DNA from: Octopus bimaculoides
Lineage: Eukaryota
NCBI RefSeq assembly: GCF_001194135.2
Contig: NC_068985.1
Span: forward strand, 68,209,864 to 68,273,863
Direction: 5' to 3'
Length of the DNA stretch: 64,000 nt
The position numbers and the translations under genes were made by a program. Within the stretch, counting starts at the first letter, position 1; each line of letters begins with the position of its first letter. Shown here piece after piece: positions 13,131 to 26,229 of this stretch. Below the pieces are notes generated by a model, which worked only from the letters and a program-made list of their open reading frames with translations, did no database searches and was not told the origin of the DNA.

Positions 13131-13951
13131 CCATCAATACTTCAAAATGAATACACAGTTGTAAATTCGGCCACTGTGTGGCATGTTCAGTGGATAGCTG
13201 AAATTTACTGAAATTTCATTTCAACAGAAGGACATATTTTTATAGTTACATTTCAACTCTCCAAGTAGAAAGGAAGAATACAAAAAAACATTTTGACTTA
13301 GCCAGACCGTACAGGCTACTAATTAATTCTAAGCAGATTTTTAACTGTCACTCATTTTATTTCTTTCTTTTGTTTCTGATTTAGGGATCATCTTATCAGA
13401 CCTAGTGATTCAAAGCTTAAGAGGGCACTACAATTTTCTTTGTAGGAAAAGGGAAAGGGGTAAACAATATACATGGATGATATAGTTATAAAATTTCTTT
13501 GGGTTTAGTGACAAACTACTATAGGTGGGGGAGGGTCTCTACTAGCAGACCAGTTTATAATGGAGCAGGGGAAGTTTTAACATAAGGCACCTAGGTCAAA
13601 ATTATATAAAATAAAGTTGCTATATTGTGTACAGATACAGTAAGTGGTTATTCATAGTTTTCATTAATCAGAATAATGTATCAGTATTGTTTTACATATG
13701 CTAAGTTTGAAATACTTGAGATACCAATATTTTCTTAATTAATATGTGAATAAATAAAAGCTAATTTTAAATTAATAATGAAATAAAAAGTAATAGTGTA
13801 TAGTAATGTAAATAATCAATTAATGCAGTATGCAAAAACCATGAAGTGGTATTAATTTAAAATGCTATGGTAAAGTACATTGAGACTTATTTACACCAAT
13901 ATAAGGAACCAAAGATAAGATGTGAAATTAAAACTTTTTATATATATGTAT

Positions 13952-14184
13952 TATTTCTTTACTACCCACAAGGGGCTACACACAGAGGGGACAAACAAGG
14001 ACAGACAAACGGATTAATTCGATTATATCGACCCCAGTGCGTAACTGGTATTTATTTAGTCGACCCCGAAAGGATGAAAGGCAAAGTCGACCTCGGCGGA
14101 ATTTGAACTCAGAACGTAGCGGCAGACGAAATACCGCTAAGCATTTCGCCCGGCGTGCTAACGTTTCTGCCAGCTTACCGCCTT
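13952..14184 (-). mobile_element. tRNA-derived SINE, family A, well-preserved full-length copy
   Basis: Minus strand aaggcggtaagctggcagaaacgttagcacgccgggcgaaatgc...gagttcaaattccgccgaggtcgactttgcctttcatcc...gtgggtagtaaagaaata. Confidence 0.9.
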
Positions 14185-14481
14185 TTATATATATGTATTG
14201 CACTAAAATTTTAAAATTAAACTTATCTATCTAATATCATTTAAAGGACACTTAAGAGATAAAATTTATTATATGACTAATGTAAAGAATTGAAACATAG
14301 GATTTACTTGGTTTATAATGATGGACTCATCAAGGTTTAAGAAACTGATAATATGAATAATCCAATCATTCATTTTGAATGATTAGATTTTGAAATTGTA
14401 TGGATAATACTATACTTAATTCTGGTGCCTAAACTTAAGTACCATATTCACCTTGAATTTATATACACATATATGTATATA

Positions 14482-16164
14482 CGAGATGAAGTACCCCGTA
14501 ATACCCGGAGAAGTGAAGTTTATTACCAGTTCCCGTTCTCATCACAATGTTTCATGTTCTAACCCTTCCCCTATTCATTTCCCGTTTAAATTACAAATAA
14601 ACTTACAAATACACAGTGGCATGGGATAGATTTACAAACACTGGCAAGTAATACAGTTGAATCTTACAATTGATTGATTGTAATGGTAAGGTAATATCAA
14701 AGTTGAATTGGTGGATGGTTGGAAGGATGAGAGGATTGACCTTTTAAAGAAAACTTCTTGTAAGAAAATCCGCGTATTGCAGCTGTCGTTGTCGAGTGTA
14801 ACTGTCTGACTCTACTTTTGTAGGGTATTCCCTCTTGCTGTCACATTGTGAAATTTTTAAATTACGTCAAAATGTGCAAATTTGATATATTAAAATAATT
14901 TTCTATGTTAAAGTTGATTTTGTCATTTTTTTTTTGTTACAGAAAAATTGCAGTAAATTGTTACTGAGATTTAAAGTTAAATCAATGTTACTTAAACAGT
15001 AAACAGTCTATCACAAAATGACAGCAAAATCATTACGAGGAGGAATTTTTATTAAACAAACGACAGGAAAGCATTATAACGACCAAGTTGTAAGAACTTC
15101 TGAAGTTTTAATAAGTTTTACTGAATAAAGTCATGGGAAATGGTCGAGCAAACATGTAAGTTATTTTAAAAGGAAAAAGATCATCAAGGAATATTTTTAG
15201 CGAAAGATTGCACAAATCTGTCCTGATCAAGAGGCCTATCTGTTAGAGAAGGCATGGTCTGACATGGAATAAACAAAAAGTATTATAAGACATTCTATTG
15301 TAAAGATTGTCGACAACGACGGGCTATTAATCTAAGGTAGAAAATAGATATTATATATAATGTTATTGTATCACTACGTTGGTAAAGTTTCAATAAATCT
15401 TAATACGGTGATGTGTAAACAAATATAAAAACACTTTATTTTTCACTTGTTATTCTAACATCTGTCGTTGGACATATTGTAAAAGTTTTGACTGAGAATA
15501 CGGTAGTATGCGTTAAGTAATGGGTAAAAATTGAAAAACAAAGTATTAAAATTCGCTGTTCCCTTCAGTAAACACATTCTGTCCCTGTCTCTCGTTCTCT
15601 CTGTCTGCCTCTCATATTCCCTGTCTTTCTGTCTGTTCCTATCGCCTCTCCTAATAATGGGATTTAAAGCATAATCAATTTTGCCTAATCAGAAAACAGG
15701 ATTTGGAAGCTGGCATATTGTAAAAGTTTTGACTACGCATACGATAATTAATTCACTAAAGCGTTAGGTAAAAAGTAAAGAACAAAGTATTATAATTCGC
15801 TGTTCCCTTCCCAAAACACATTCTCTCTCTCCCTCTCTGTCCCTGTCTCTTAGTCTCTCTCTCTGTCTCTCATAATCCCTGTCTCTCTGTCTCCCTTTCC
15901 CTGGTATCAGCCACCCACATTATGCCACAACATTTCCCTTAACGTATCACCTTTTGCACCCTTCTCATTTTATCATATAATAGCTCAATCCCCGTAGAGA
16001 TGGCAGGGCCCATTAACAATTTGTATTGAAATCCAATTAATCTATATAATTGAATGGTTGTTAGTTTAACATGTATACAAAGTTTCGTGAAGATTGGTTG
16101 ACTGGTTGAGGCACCAACATAGTAACAGAAAGACAGACAGACATACATTGCCATTTATATATGA
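14482..16164 (-). mobile_element. Non-autonomous Helitron (Lep1-like architecture)
   Basis: Minus strand begins A|TCATATATAAATGGCAATGTATGTCTGTCTGTC with a (GTCT)n microsatellite. It ends with a hairpin CTCCG-ggtatta-CGGGG about 8 nt before CTCG|T, a decayed CTRR terminus. Confidence 0.6.
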
Positions 16165-17190
16165 TATTTATGTATGTATGTATGTATGTATGTATGTATG
16201 TATATATATTTATATATATACATATATGTATATTCACATTTTTGTATTTGTTTTCGTTACTGACCATTGTTCATTAACTTTTCTCAGCAGCTTTTCCCCA
16301 TCGATGCCACCAAAATGGAAAATATTATCGGTAAAGGCGTGGAATTGTAAATCGTTTTGGGGAATAATGATAAGGAACTAGTATTGTGTGTGAATTATTC
16401 GTCGGTTCCGTTGTTGCATTTCTATTCCAATTTTGTATGTGTGTGTGTACAAACTTTAGTATACATATACGTGTGTATGTGTGTCTGCATATAGATGGCC
16501 TATAAATATATATACATTTTGAAGCGTTATTGACACGCTTTCGTTAATGTTATGCATTGCCGAATAAAATTTTAAAATTGAATTAAAAAGATTTAGTGTC
16601 TAAGTTTAAATTGAATTAAAGGGTTTTAATGTTTAAATTTTATGAGCTGAAATACATCTGAAAAGCCAAGTCTATTTCATAGAAAATAGATATGACCTAT
16701 AATCCTATAAATCATGGATGAGGTTAGTAACGTTGAAGGCAAAAATGTTTGATATACACATTTAGCTACAAAGTAAGGTGAAACGTTTACTGAGCGCCCA
16801 AACCTTATAATGTATAACTACTTCTAACCTTTTTCACCGATTCGAATTTGGAGGTAAAATGAACCCATGTAATTTTCTTTTCTAAATGAATACTTTCTTT
16901 CCGTTCGAATTAGGATTTCTGAAGAGCAGAGACAAATTAGGTATATACCACTGATATACACTGCACACTGATAAGCACACAATTATCCAGGTACAAAGTC
17001 TTAGTACATCCAAACAAGTAACAAAAGTGTCATAAGTCCTTATTTCAATATTTTAAATTGTAATAAAGGGATTTTAGAGCAATAGTTGATGGATTTAGAG
17101 AAAACGTCTGTAGATCAGGAATAATGTTACTAGCATCTTGGTATGATAGCAGTTTATCACGCTTCTTCAGCCAGCAACGATTCGAAAAGC

Positions 17191-17191
<1 letters not shown>

Positions 17192-17239
<48 letters not shown>

Positions 17240-17318
17240 CAGCAGCAGCAGCAGCAACAACATCAGCATCAGTAGTAGTAGTAGTGGTAGTAGCAGTAGT
17301 AATAGTAGTAGTAGTAGC
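17192..17318. repeat. (GTA)n-(GCA)n compound microsatellite
   Basis: Directly visible. Confidence 0.95.
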
Positions 17319-17437
17319 ATCTTGGGAAAATGTCTTCTAGAATGGGCACGGGCCGACCAAATCCATGTGAANNNNNNNNNNNNNNNNNNNNNNNNNNNNN
17401 NNNNNNNNNNNNNNNNNNNNNNNNNNNNNNNNNNNNN

Positions 17438-17477
<40 letters not shown>

Positions 17478-17531
17478 TGAGAATACATTCATAAAACAGA
17501 ACATACAAACCTGAAAGTATACATACATACA

Positions 17532-17640
17532 AAAATACCCTGTTGATGGTGTTGAAATTTCAATGAAAGAGGCTTGGATCTAAGTCAGAAACCGGCTCTT
17601 TCTCTATTGGCAAGAAATCTTGAATAAAACTGAATAATAA
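17532..17640 (-). repeat. ~110-bp interspersed repeat; second copy in opposite orientation at 32604-32712
   Basis: aaaataccctgttgatg...gaaaccggctctttctctattggcaagaaatcttgaataaaactgaataat matches the reverse complement of 32604-32712. Confidence 0.75.
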
Positions 17641-17789
17641 CACATACATAAGTGCACCCCTCCAATGTTATGAATATTTCAAAGGGAATATTAGAAGGAG
17701 ATTGAGCTTCTGCAGTTATGTTCATTTTGGCCTTGAAGTATCTTTTATGCCACATAAATTTAATGCTACATGGTAGGCTCTGCAACTGC

Positions 17790-18370
17790 TAGAGGTATCA
17801 TTGTAGCCCATAATTTCTTTGTGGATGATCTCAAGATTTATGCTAAAAATGTTGACAATGCAAAAAGACCCCAAAAAACATGTAAAGTAAATAACATTTT
17901 CAGCAGACATAGGAATAGAATTTGGCCAAAAGAAATGTTCATAGTTGAGTGTTGAAGGGAAAAACTCATTTCCTTAAACCCAAAACCTGTTCATCAATAT
18001 TTTCGGTATCTATTCTGTCCCTCGCAAAGAATGTTACAAAACATATACGAAGATACTGTGAATAAAGACAAAGTAACCCGAGAATGTTATGCGAGACTTA
18101 GAAAAATATAGTAGCCGGAAATCTCCTCTTACAAGACAATATCTCATAATGCATTTCAGTACCAATGCTGATTCCAACATTTGGGATACTTCACTGTTCT
18201 GTAGAAGAAACCCACTCCATAGATGTTAACACTCACTAGATACTGACATCAACTGGAAATCTTCTCAGGAATAGTGATATCTACAAGTTCTACATTAGAA
18301 GACATAATGGAGGTAGAGGCATGAGATCAGTGCAGACGGCCTTTGAATGTCGTATAGTCTCTTTCAACTG
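17790..18370 (+). mobile_element. R4/Dong-clade LINE fragment (RT C-terminal half and thumb)
   Basis: HNFFVDDLKIYAKN, GIEFGQKKCS, NKDKVTRECYARLRKI, PMLIPTFGILH, RRHNGGRGMRSVQTAFECRIVS. Frameshifted. Confidence 0.8.
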
Positions 18371-19819
18371 CTAAAACACCATTTATATCTTTGTGTGTGT
18401 GTGTGTTTGTGTGTATGTGTGTGTGTGTGCGTGTGCGTGTGTGTGTGTGTAACTTGTTAATTACTTTGAAATAGCTCTAATCGAACGATCGTGTGATTTG
18501 AACTGATGGGAAGGATGTATCAATCGATGTCTTTTTTTTTTCTAATACTCACAAACACTCATACACGAATACGCATACTTCTGTACGCTCTCTCGCGAAT
18601 CGATGGCAGACGAACAAAGCTAATTAAGCCAACGGATCTGCTTTATGGTCACATTTATGAGTGTCTACGTGAATGTGTTATATGAAGTCGGTATGGTGAA
18701 AATACCTGAGCATATATTGGAGAGCTTTGCAGGTTTTACATTTTCTATTTGTTGTCTTAATGTGCACATGTGGAAGTATCCCCGTGCATAGTTTAGCGAT
18801 TCATAGTTATAATCCTTTCTGTTGTTTTTATTTCATGTCGCCCTTTTATTGGGAGTTGGTTCAAAATATATTTGGACTGGGAGAGGAATATATAACTTTT
18901 GATAGGGAGAGAGGACCTGAGATTTCACAGGTGCTTTTTGTGTGTGTGCTCGTGTGGGAACCTCTCTGTATTCATGAATGTGTGTATCTGTGAATTCTCA
19001 AAGTTCGTAAATGTCAATGAATGTGATATCTACATATATGTATACGTGTGTTTGTTTGTGCTTATATGCGTTTGTATGTCTGTATGTGTGTGTATGGGGG
19101 GAGGGTGTTGTAAAATATACAGAATCCAGACAATGAGAGGCAAAATGACAAATTTGTGACATGAGACAACAGTGAGGAACAGATGAGTTTCGTTAGGCAA
19201 AAGAAATTAGGAGTGACAGGAGAATAGACAGTGAGACATTCGTAGAAATGTGAAACCTATTTATGACCGCTGAAAAGACGCACAGGCACACATACAACAC
19301 ACAAATTCACACGCACAGACGCGCACATAAAAAAAAATTGCGTTCCAATGTATCTATGTGTATATGCATATATAAGTTTAAATATGTATTTATATGCATA
19401 TATTTGTGCACGTGTTTGTATTTAGGTATATATTAATATGTATATATGTATGTATGAATGTATGTATGTATGTATGTAAATGTGTGTACGTGTATGTATG
19501 TATTCATATATGTGTGTGCATGTGTGTGGGTGTGCGTGTATATACACGATTACGATCGCGACACCGTGGTTTCAATTCCTAGACTGGATGGTGCGTTATG
19601 ATCTTGAGCAAAAACTTCATCTCACGTTGCTCTACGATCACTTCGACAGCTGTCACATGGCACACCGAGCACCTGTTCAAGCAACGTCAATTTGACGGAG
19701 GGAGACAGCTAATGTACAGTACCTATATTTGATCACCACAAACAAATCATTAATGCAGGTCTTTCGGCAAGAAAGCTGAATATTCATACTTCTACTTCGA
19801 CGGGAGTGTCTATCGTGTA

Positions 19820-20432
19820 AATTCTTCCAAGGCGTAGCCACTCACTGACGGTGTCAAAAAGTGTAGTGGCTCACACCTATGCTGTTCAGCAAGATGTTCC
19901 CAGCCATTCTGTCGGATGCCTTCTGAATCAAGATCAGATTTAATGGCAACGAATCAAGATCAGATTTAATGGCAACGAAACCAGCATCGGGATTAGGTTT
20001 AAGTCTTTTCACCCTCCAGATGCTACAGTCCGAGACCTAGTGGGGAAGAGTATTCAGTGCGTGAGTTGCTGCTCGCAGACGACTGCACGCTCAACGCCAC
20101 CACTGTGGCCCAGATTTAGCAGAGTATGAAATTTTTCTCCACTGCTTGTAACAAAATTGGCTTCACAACCAGTACTGAGAACAAAGAGGTAGCCTACCTG
20201 CCCGTAGAAACCGTATGTGGAACCAACAATCACCGTCGATAGGGAAAACCTAAAGGTTGTTGATAAGTTCACATACCTCAGCAGTACACTGTCTAAATCT
20301 GTGAACATTGACGGTGAAGTCGAAACACATATCAAAACTCAGCGGCTACGTCAATCAATGTGAGGGATGAGAGGCATTAAGCTGGCCACCAAGCTGAAGA
20401 TGTACAAAGCAGTTGTACTACCTACGCTGCGA
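19820..20432 (+). mobile_element. RTE-clade LINE RT fragment
   Basis: TDGVKK.../APMLFSKMFPAILSDAF, EPTITVDRENLKVVDKFTYLSSTLS, MRGIKLATKLKMYKAVVLPTL. Confidence 0.75.
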
Positions 20433-21266
20433 AACTTTGACCCGTTCAGGAACATTATACTGTTCAATGCTGAAATCAAGTTAGACACACCATTGATCCA
20501 GATTACAAACTCTTCAGAATTTAGTTGGATAATGGTACAAGATTGTGTTGGACGCTACGTTCCAGGGTCTAAATTAGGTCAAAAAGTTTTATTATTTATT
20601 ATTTACTCCATATGATTTGAAGGATGTGATGTGACTCATGTGTGAAAATCTCTGACTATTTAGTATCACCGATATGAATCCGTGTTATCGATTCTTTCGA
20701 AACAACTTGTAGTCACAATGATGTACTTCCAAGTGACAAGCAAAGTTGGATTTGCTGGACTTCTTTTCATATATACTGAACTTTAAGCAAGATTATATCG
20801 TAATTGCTTAGTCATTTGATTGTTCTGTGATTTTAAGCGTCGCCTACGACCGCAGAAATTTATTGCCAGCAATAATATATCAGGGCGTTCGATGTTTGCG
20901 CTTTCCTCTGTGAGTATGTGGAGAGATATGTTTCATACTGCTCATTCGGCAGATAGAAAATGCATGAAGGATCGTTCGATTAAACAAATTTAATATTGAA
21001 AAGAACCAGTATGATTTTAATATATTATCTGAGTGTCTAAATTTGTGAATCTCTTTGTCATGTTGTATGCATGTGCGTAAATATACACAGGCACAATCAC
21101 ACAGACATTTACATACATGCGTATGTGATATAATTTTAAACGATGGAGAAAAGACAAAGTTGTACAATCGAAAAGTCTTCCTTAATATCAGAGGTAATAG
21201 TGATACGAATTAAAAATACCCTTCACAGTCAATCGACTCATGGGCTTCTTAATAATAGGCTTTTGT

Positions 21267-21482
21267 AAGGCAGCGACCAGGCAAAATCGTTAGCTCGTCG
21301 GGCGAAATGCTTAGCGGTATTTCGTCTGCCGCTGTGTTCTGGGTTCATATTCCGCCGAGGTCGACTTTGCCTTTTATCCTTTCGGGTTCAATGAAATAAG
21401 TACTAGTTACGGGCTGGGATCGATGTAATCGACAAGCACTCTTCCTCCCAAAATTTTCAAGGCTTTGTGCCTCGAGTAGAAA
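21267..21482 (+). mobile_element. tRNA-derived SINE, family A
   Basis: aaggcagcg...gggcgaaatgcttagcggtatttcgtctgccgct...ccgccgaggtcgactttgcc. Confidence 0.9.
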
Positions 21483-21628
21483 TTATAATAGGCTTTTATG
21501 CTCAACTTCATCAATACGGAACCTAACATCCGAAGTGTGTGTGTGTGTATGTGTGTGTGTCTGTGTGTGAGCGCGCATGCCCACGTGCGCGCTCGCTCAC
21601 AAGGAAAGCTACACAGTTACGTATATTC

Positions 21629-21839
21629 TTTTCTACTCTAGGCACAAGGCCCGAAATTTTGGAGGAAGGGGCCAGTCGATTAGATCCACCCCAGTACACA
21701 ACTGGCATTTAATTTATCGACACCGAAAGGATGAAAGGCAAAGTCGACCTCCGCAGAATTTGAACTCAAAACGTAAAGACACGAAATACCGCTAAGTATT
21801 TCGCCCGGCTTGCTAACGTTTCTGCCTGCTCGCCGCCTT
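21629..21839 (-). mobile_element. tRNA-derived SINE, family A, inverted relative to 21267-21482
   Basis: Reverse-complement match to the same consensus, including the ggccttgtgcctagagtagaaa-type tail. Confidence 0.9.
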
Positions 21840-22347
21840 ACGCACGCGCATATATCATACACATAACGACTCATACATGAACTCATATAGAGTAATATAA
21901 AAAGGACCATAATCACATAATTACACTACATTGCATTCACCTATACGGATATTAACGACACAGAGACGTATTATCATGAATACAGATGCAATATTTCAAA
22001 ACCTATCATATTTAATAGGTTCCGTAGCAAAACATCAAAAAGTCAGACATACACACAGATAAACACGCGCGCGCAAATACAAAAATAGAAATGCTATAAC
22101 AAAACCATGTACTTTGTACCGATAAATTACCTAGATACAACAACTCGGTAATCAGACCCCAGTCGTTCTAATACAGTATACGTGGGGGCGCATGCACAAG
22201 ATATAAATGATATTACACTCCCACACATGTCGACATTTAGATACACCACATTAACGACATGACATGTACACATGTTTCTTCGACAGTGGCGCAATAGCCC
22301 GATTGCGCAAATACACACACACTCACACACATGTATGGACATGTGTA

Positions 22348-22469
<122 letters not shown>

Positions 22470-23396
22470 CGTATGTACGTATACACTCGTTTACACACTC
22501 CGACAAGAGACCAAAAAAGAATGAAATGTCCTAAAGAAGGAAGGCATAAAATACAAAGAAAAGATTGTTCCGATCATACAATTAGAATAATCGAGAGGAA
22601 TATGGAGTAAGTGAGAGAAACAAAACAGAGAAAGAGAGGGGGAGGGAGGGAGAGAGAGGAAGGACATAGATAAAGTGACCGAATGAAGGACATTAATAAT
22701 TGTAATAATACCAACTACAACGCAAAAAGCTTCTATTAGATGCTGAGACGCGGGTGGAGGTAGCAAAGATATTTGATTGGCTACGCGAGAAGATGAAAGG
22801 AAATAAAAAGAGTGAGAGCCGACGATTAGATCAGAGGATTTGTTAAGAAATTATGACAAACGAAGAGAAACATTTTGATGTACTAAGTGTTGAGGTGTCG
22901 GATGGGATATTGGACAGAAAACACATCGAGAGTGTGTGTACGTAGTGGCATTCATAGAAAACAAAAACTATAAAAGAATATTAAATCTCATGAAACAATT
23001 ATTATGAGATTGTCCTCGGATATGAATATTCTCACATATATATGTATATATATATATATATATATNNNNNNNNNNNNNNNNNNNNNNNNNNNNNNNNNNN
23101 NNNNNNNNNNNNNNNNNNNNNNNNNNNNNNNNNNNNNNNNNNNNNNNNNNNNNNNNNNNNNNNNNNNNNNNNNNNNNNNNNNNNNNNNNNNNNNNNNNNN
23201 NNNNNNNNNNNNNNNNNNNNNNNNNNNNNNNNNNNNNNNNNNNNNNNNNNNNNNNNNNNNNNNNNNNNNNNNNNNNNNNNNNNNNNNNNNNNNNNNNNNN
23301 NNNNNNNNNNNNNNNNNNNNNNNNNNNNNNNNNNNNNNNNNNNNNNNNNNNNNNNNNNNNNNNNNNNNNNNNNGTATAGTCATATGTATATGTGTG

Positions 23397-23440
<44 letters not shown>

Positions 23441-23900
23441 CATATATATATACATATACATACACACATGAATATATGTACGTATGTGTCTGTGTGTGCT
23501 CCTGTGTGTATGTGTGTGTATGCATATAAACACATCATACATAAATACTAGTCTATTAGCGTACATGCATACGTAAAAGTTGGAGTAGCACTAAAATAAG
23601 TGAACACGAGAGATCAAATAAATTGCAGCCATACAATTATTTCCCTTGTAATTTTTTTTCATGCGTTCCTCAAAGAGAAGGCTCTCTTTGGTAATGTTTT
23701 ACATTAATTGAACTGAAGAGGGGTAATGTTGTGTTATTCGATAATAGGGCTTATGTTAATTAATATGTGAGTAGTTAACGGACCGCAATCATTAGCCTCT
23801 TCTCTGAAGTGAACTTAGTATCACATCATATTATAGGTCGTAAATTGTACAGCACTCACAGAATTACATATATCTATGTATACATGCGTGTATCTTATGC

Positions 23901-24126
23901 CTTTTACTTGTTTCAGTCATTAGATTGCGGCCATACTGGGGTACCGCCTTGGAGAATAATTTGTCAAATGTATCGACCAGAGTACTTTTTTTTAAGCCTA
24001 GTTTTCAGTTTATCGTTAACTTTTGTCAAACCGTTAAGTTTTGGAGACGTAATCGCAGAAACACCAGTTGTTATGCAGTGGTGGGGGACAAGCAAAGACA
24101 CAGACACACACTTGTGCACACGCAAA

Positions 24127-24168
<42 letters not shown>

Positions 24169-24335
24169 ATCATACACACAAATATGAATGAATACATTGT
24201 GTTTTTTTCAGTTTCTGTCTACCAAATCTAGTAACAAGGCTTTGGCCGACCGAGGCTATAGCAGACGATATCTGCCCAAGATGACGCGCTGTGGGACTGA
24301 ACCCAGAGGCATGCGGTTGAGAAACAAACTTCCTC
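23901..24335 (-). mobile_element. tRNA-derived SINE, family B, with an internal microsatellite
   Basis: cttttacttgtttcagtcatt...gcggccat...caaggctttggccgaccgaggctatag...gtgggactgaaccc. Homologous to 36341-36676. Confidence 0.8.
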
Positions 24336-25399
24336 TGAGAAACGAGTTGGTATCCAAAAATGATAGAAAGTTCCATCGTTGCAATGTAGGTAGAAAACAA
24401 TGTCACATTTTAAACTTGAGAAAATTCTCGCATACCTTTACTGCTCCACTTACAAATTAACATTTAGGGCTAATGGAGTAAGTATTCCATTAAATTATTA
24501 TCAACTTGGTATAAATATACTTCATATTTGGTAAATAAATTTTGAGTGTTACAAGGTTTAGATAACGATGGTTAGGTTATTGTCACGTACCTACAGGTAA
24601 AACTGTTTACTAATTACTAGTAAGAAGTTTACCAATTACCAGTAAGATGACTGGTAATTAGTAAACTCTTGATACTACATTTTCCCTATATATCAAGTCC
24701 AACGAACATTCACGTAGGCATTCTTATCTTTTCTTCCTGAAGCTTTGAAAATTATTCACTTTGGATGTAAAAATACCGGTGCATTCTCTCATCCAACAAT
24801 GACGGCATATTGGACACCCAGCAAAACTACAATTTTTTCAGAGTTCAACACGTTTATACGATCTTCAGAGTAAAATTGTTGAAAAATATGTATATAATCA
24901 TGTATCAGCTGTCACCATGTGAGTACTTGTAACCATGATCATGCTAGGGATGCTCGTATTTATACTTACGAAGACCCACATAGGTATAGATTCATTCATA
25001 TATAAATGCATACACACATACACAGAGGCACGCACATACACACACTCTCTCTCACCCACCCACCCATACAGACTCTCTCGCTTTCACAAACGCACACACA
25101 CACATATATATATATGTATATATGTATATATATTTAAATATGCACGCACGCCTGTGTGGTGTCCATATGTGGAATATATGCATACCACAATCCCAAACTT
25201 GTCGCTGGTTCGCATTCTTTTGGTGGTAGCAAAGTGCTTTTATTTTCATTGGAATTGCACTCTACTATTGCATCTAGTAGAGCCTAAAGAAATTCCACGT
25301 TTTATGAATTTCCTTAAGTTTATTTGGATGCTTAAATTTTATATCGTTATAATTTTCATAACATTGTTTCACTAAGTTAATTTCTTTCTGATTGTAAGC

Positions 25400-26150
25400 T
25401 CTAAAACGGATGTAGACTAGGAAATGTTTTTGTTAATTCTGATGATATATCATAGGAAATCTACACCGCTTTCTTGTTCCCACATTTCCCAAATCAAATT
25501 TTCTCTGTGGTGCTTTCTCATTGCGCTTGATTCCTTTTTCTAAGGTCTTCTTGTTATTTCATGCATGGTCATCGTGCGTGTTATCTCACCGCGTTTCTTT
25601 TCTCCTTGTGTTTTTGTGCATAATCAGTTTGTTTACTCTGTCCGTATTGTCTCTTCATAAATATTGGCTTTTACTTGAATATCATATTGAAACTGTGCCT
25701 TAGTGCTCAATGTCGGATCCACTGATTCGTTCGTTCTGCTTACTCTGATTTCCCATACCCATTATTTTCTCTTAGTTTGCCTGCATCCTCTTATTTTCCA
25801 TTTGTTTGCAAGTCCTCTATTTCATTTCACTGCAAATTGTGTAAATCTGAAGCTGATATATTTTCCGTGGCAATGGTTGATCTTATTGAGTAAAATGTCT
25901 AATTCTGTAATACGCAGTAGTAATCTGATCTTTTGTTGAAGATGTTGTCGCTCGCTTTATTTGTAGAATCCTACACAGGAAAAATATTAATTTTCCACCT
26001 GTCTTGTCACTTCATTTCCGTACACACTTGTTGAGGTCAGGACGTTTGGTGGTGAAATTTATTTCGTATTTTCGATTGTTCATGTTTGTTACGGTGGTCT
26101 GTAATTTAAAAATCCCTTGCACATCGTTATATTCAACACTATTTCTCGTA
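25400..26150 (-). mobile_element. Probable R4/Dong LINE ORF fragment (region upstream of RT)
   Basis: Minus strand starts right after an (AAT)n run; YNDVQGIFKLQTTVTNMNNRKYEINFTTKRP resembles octopus Dong-like ORFs from memory. Very decayed. Confidence 0.35.
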
Positions 26151-26229
26151 TTATTATTATTATTATTATTAATTCTTTTAACCTCACTTTGCTGCATTAC
26201 CCAAAACCTCCATGTTCTTCAGGCGCCTT

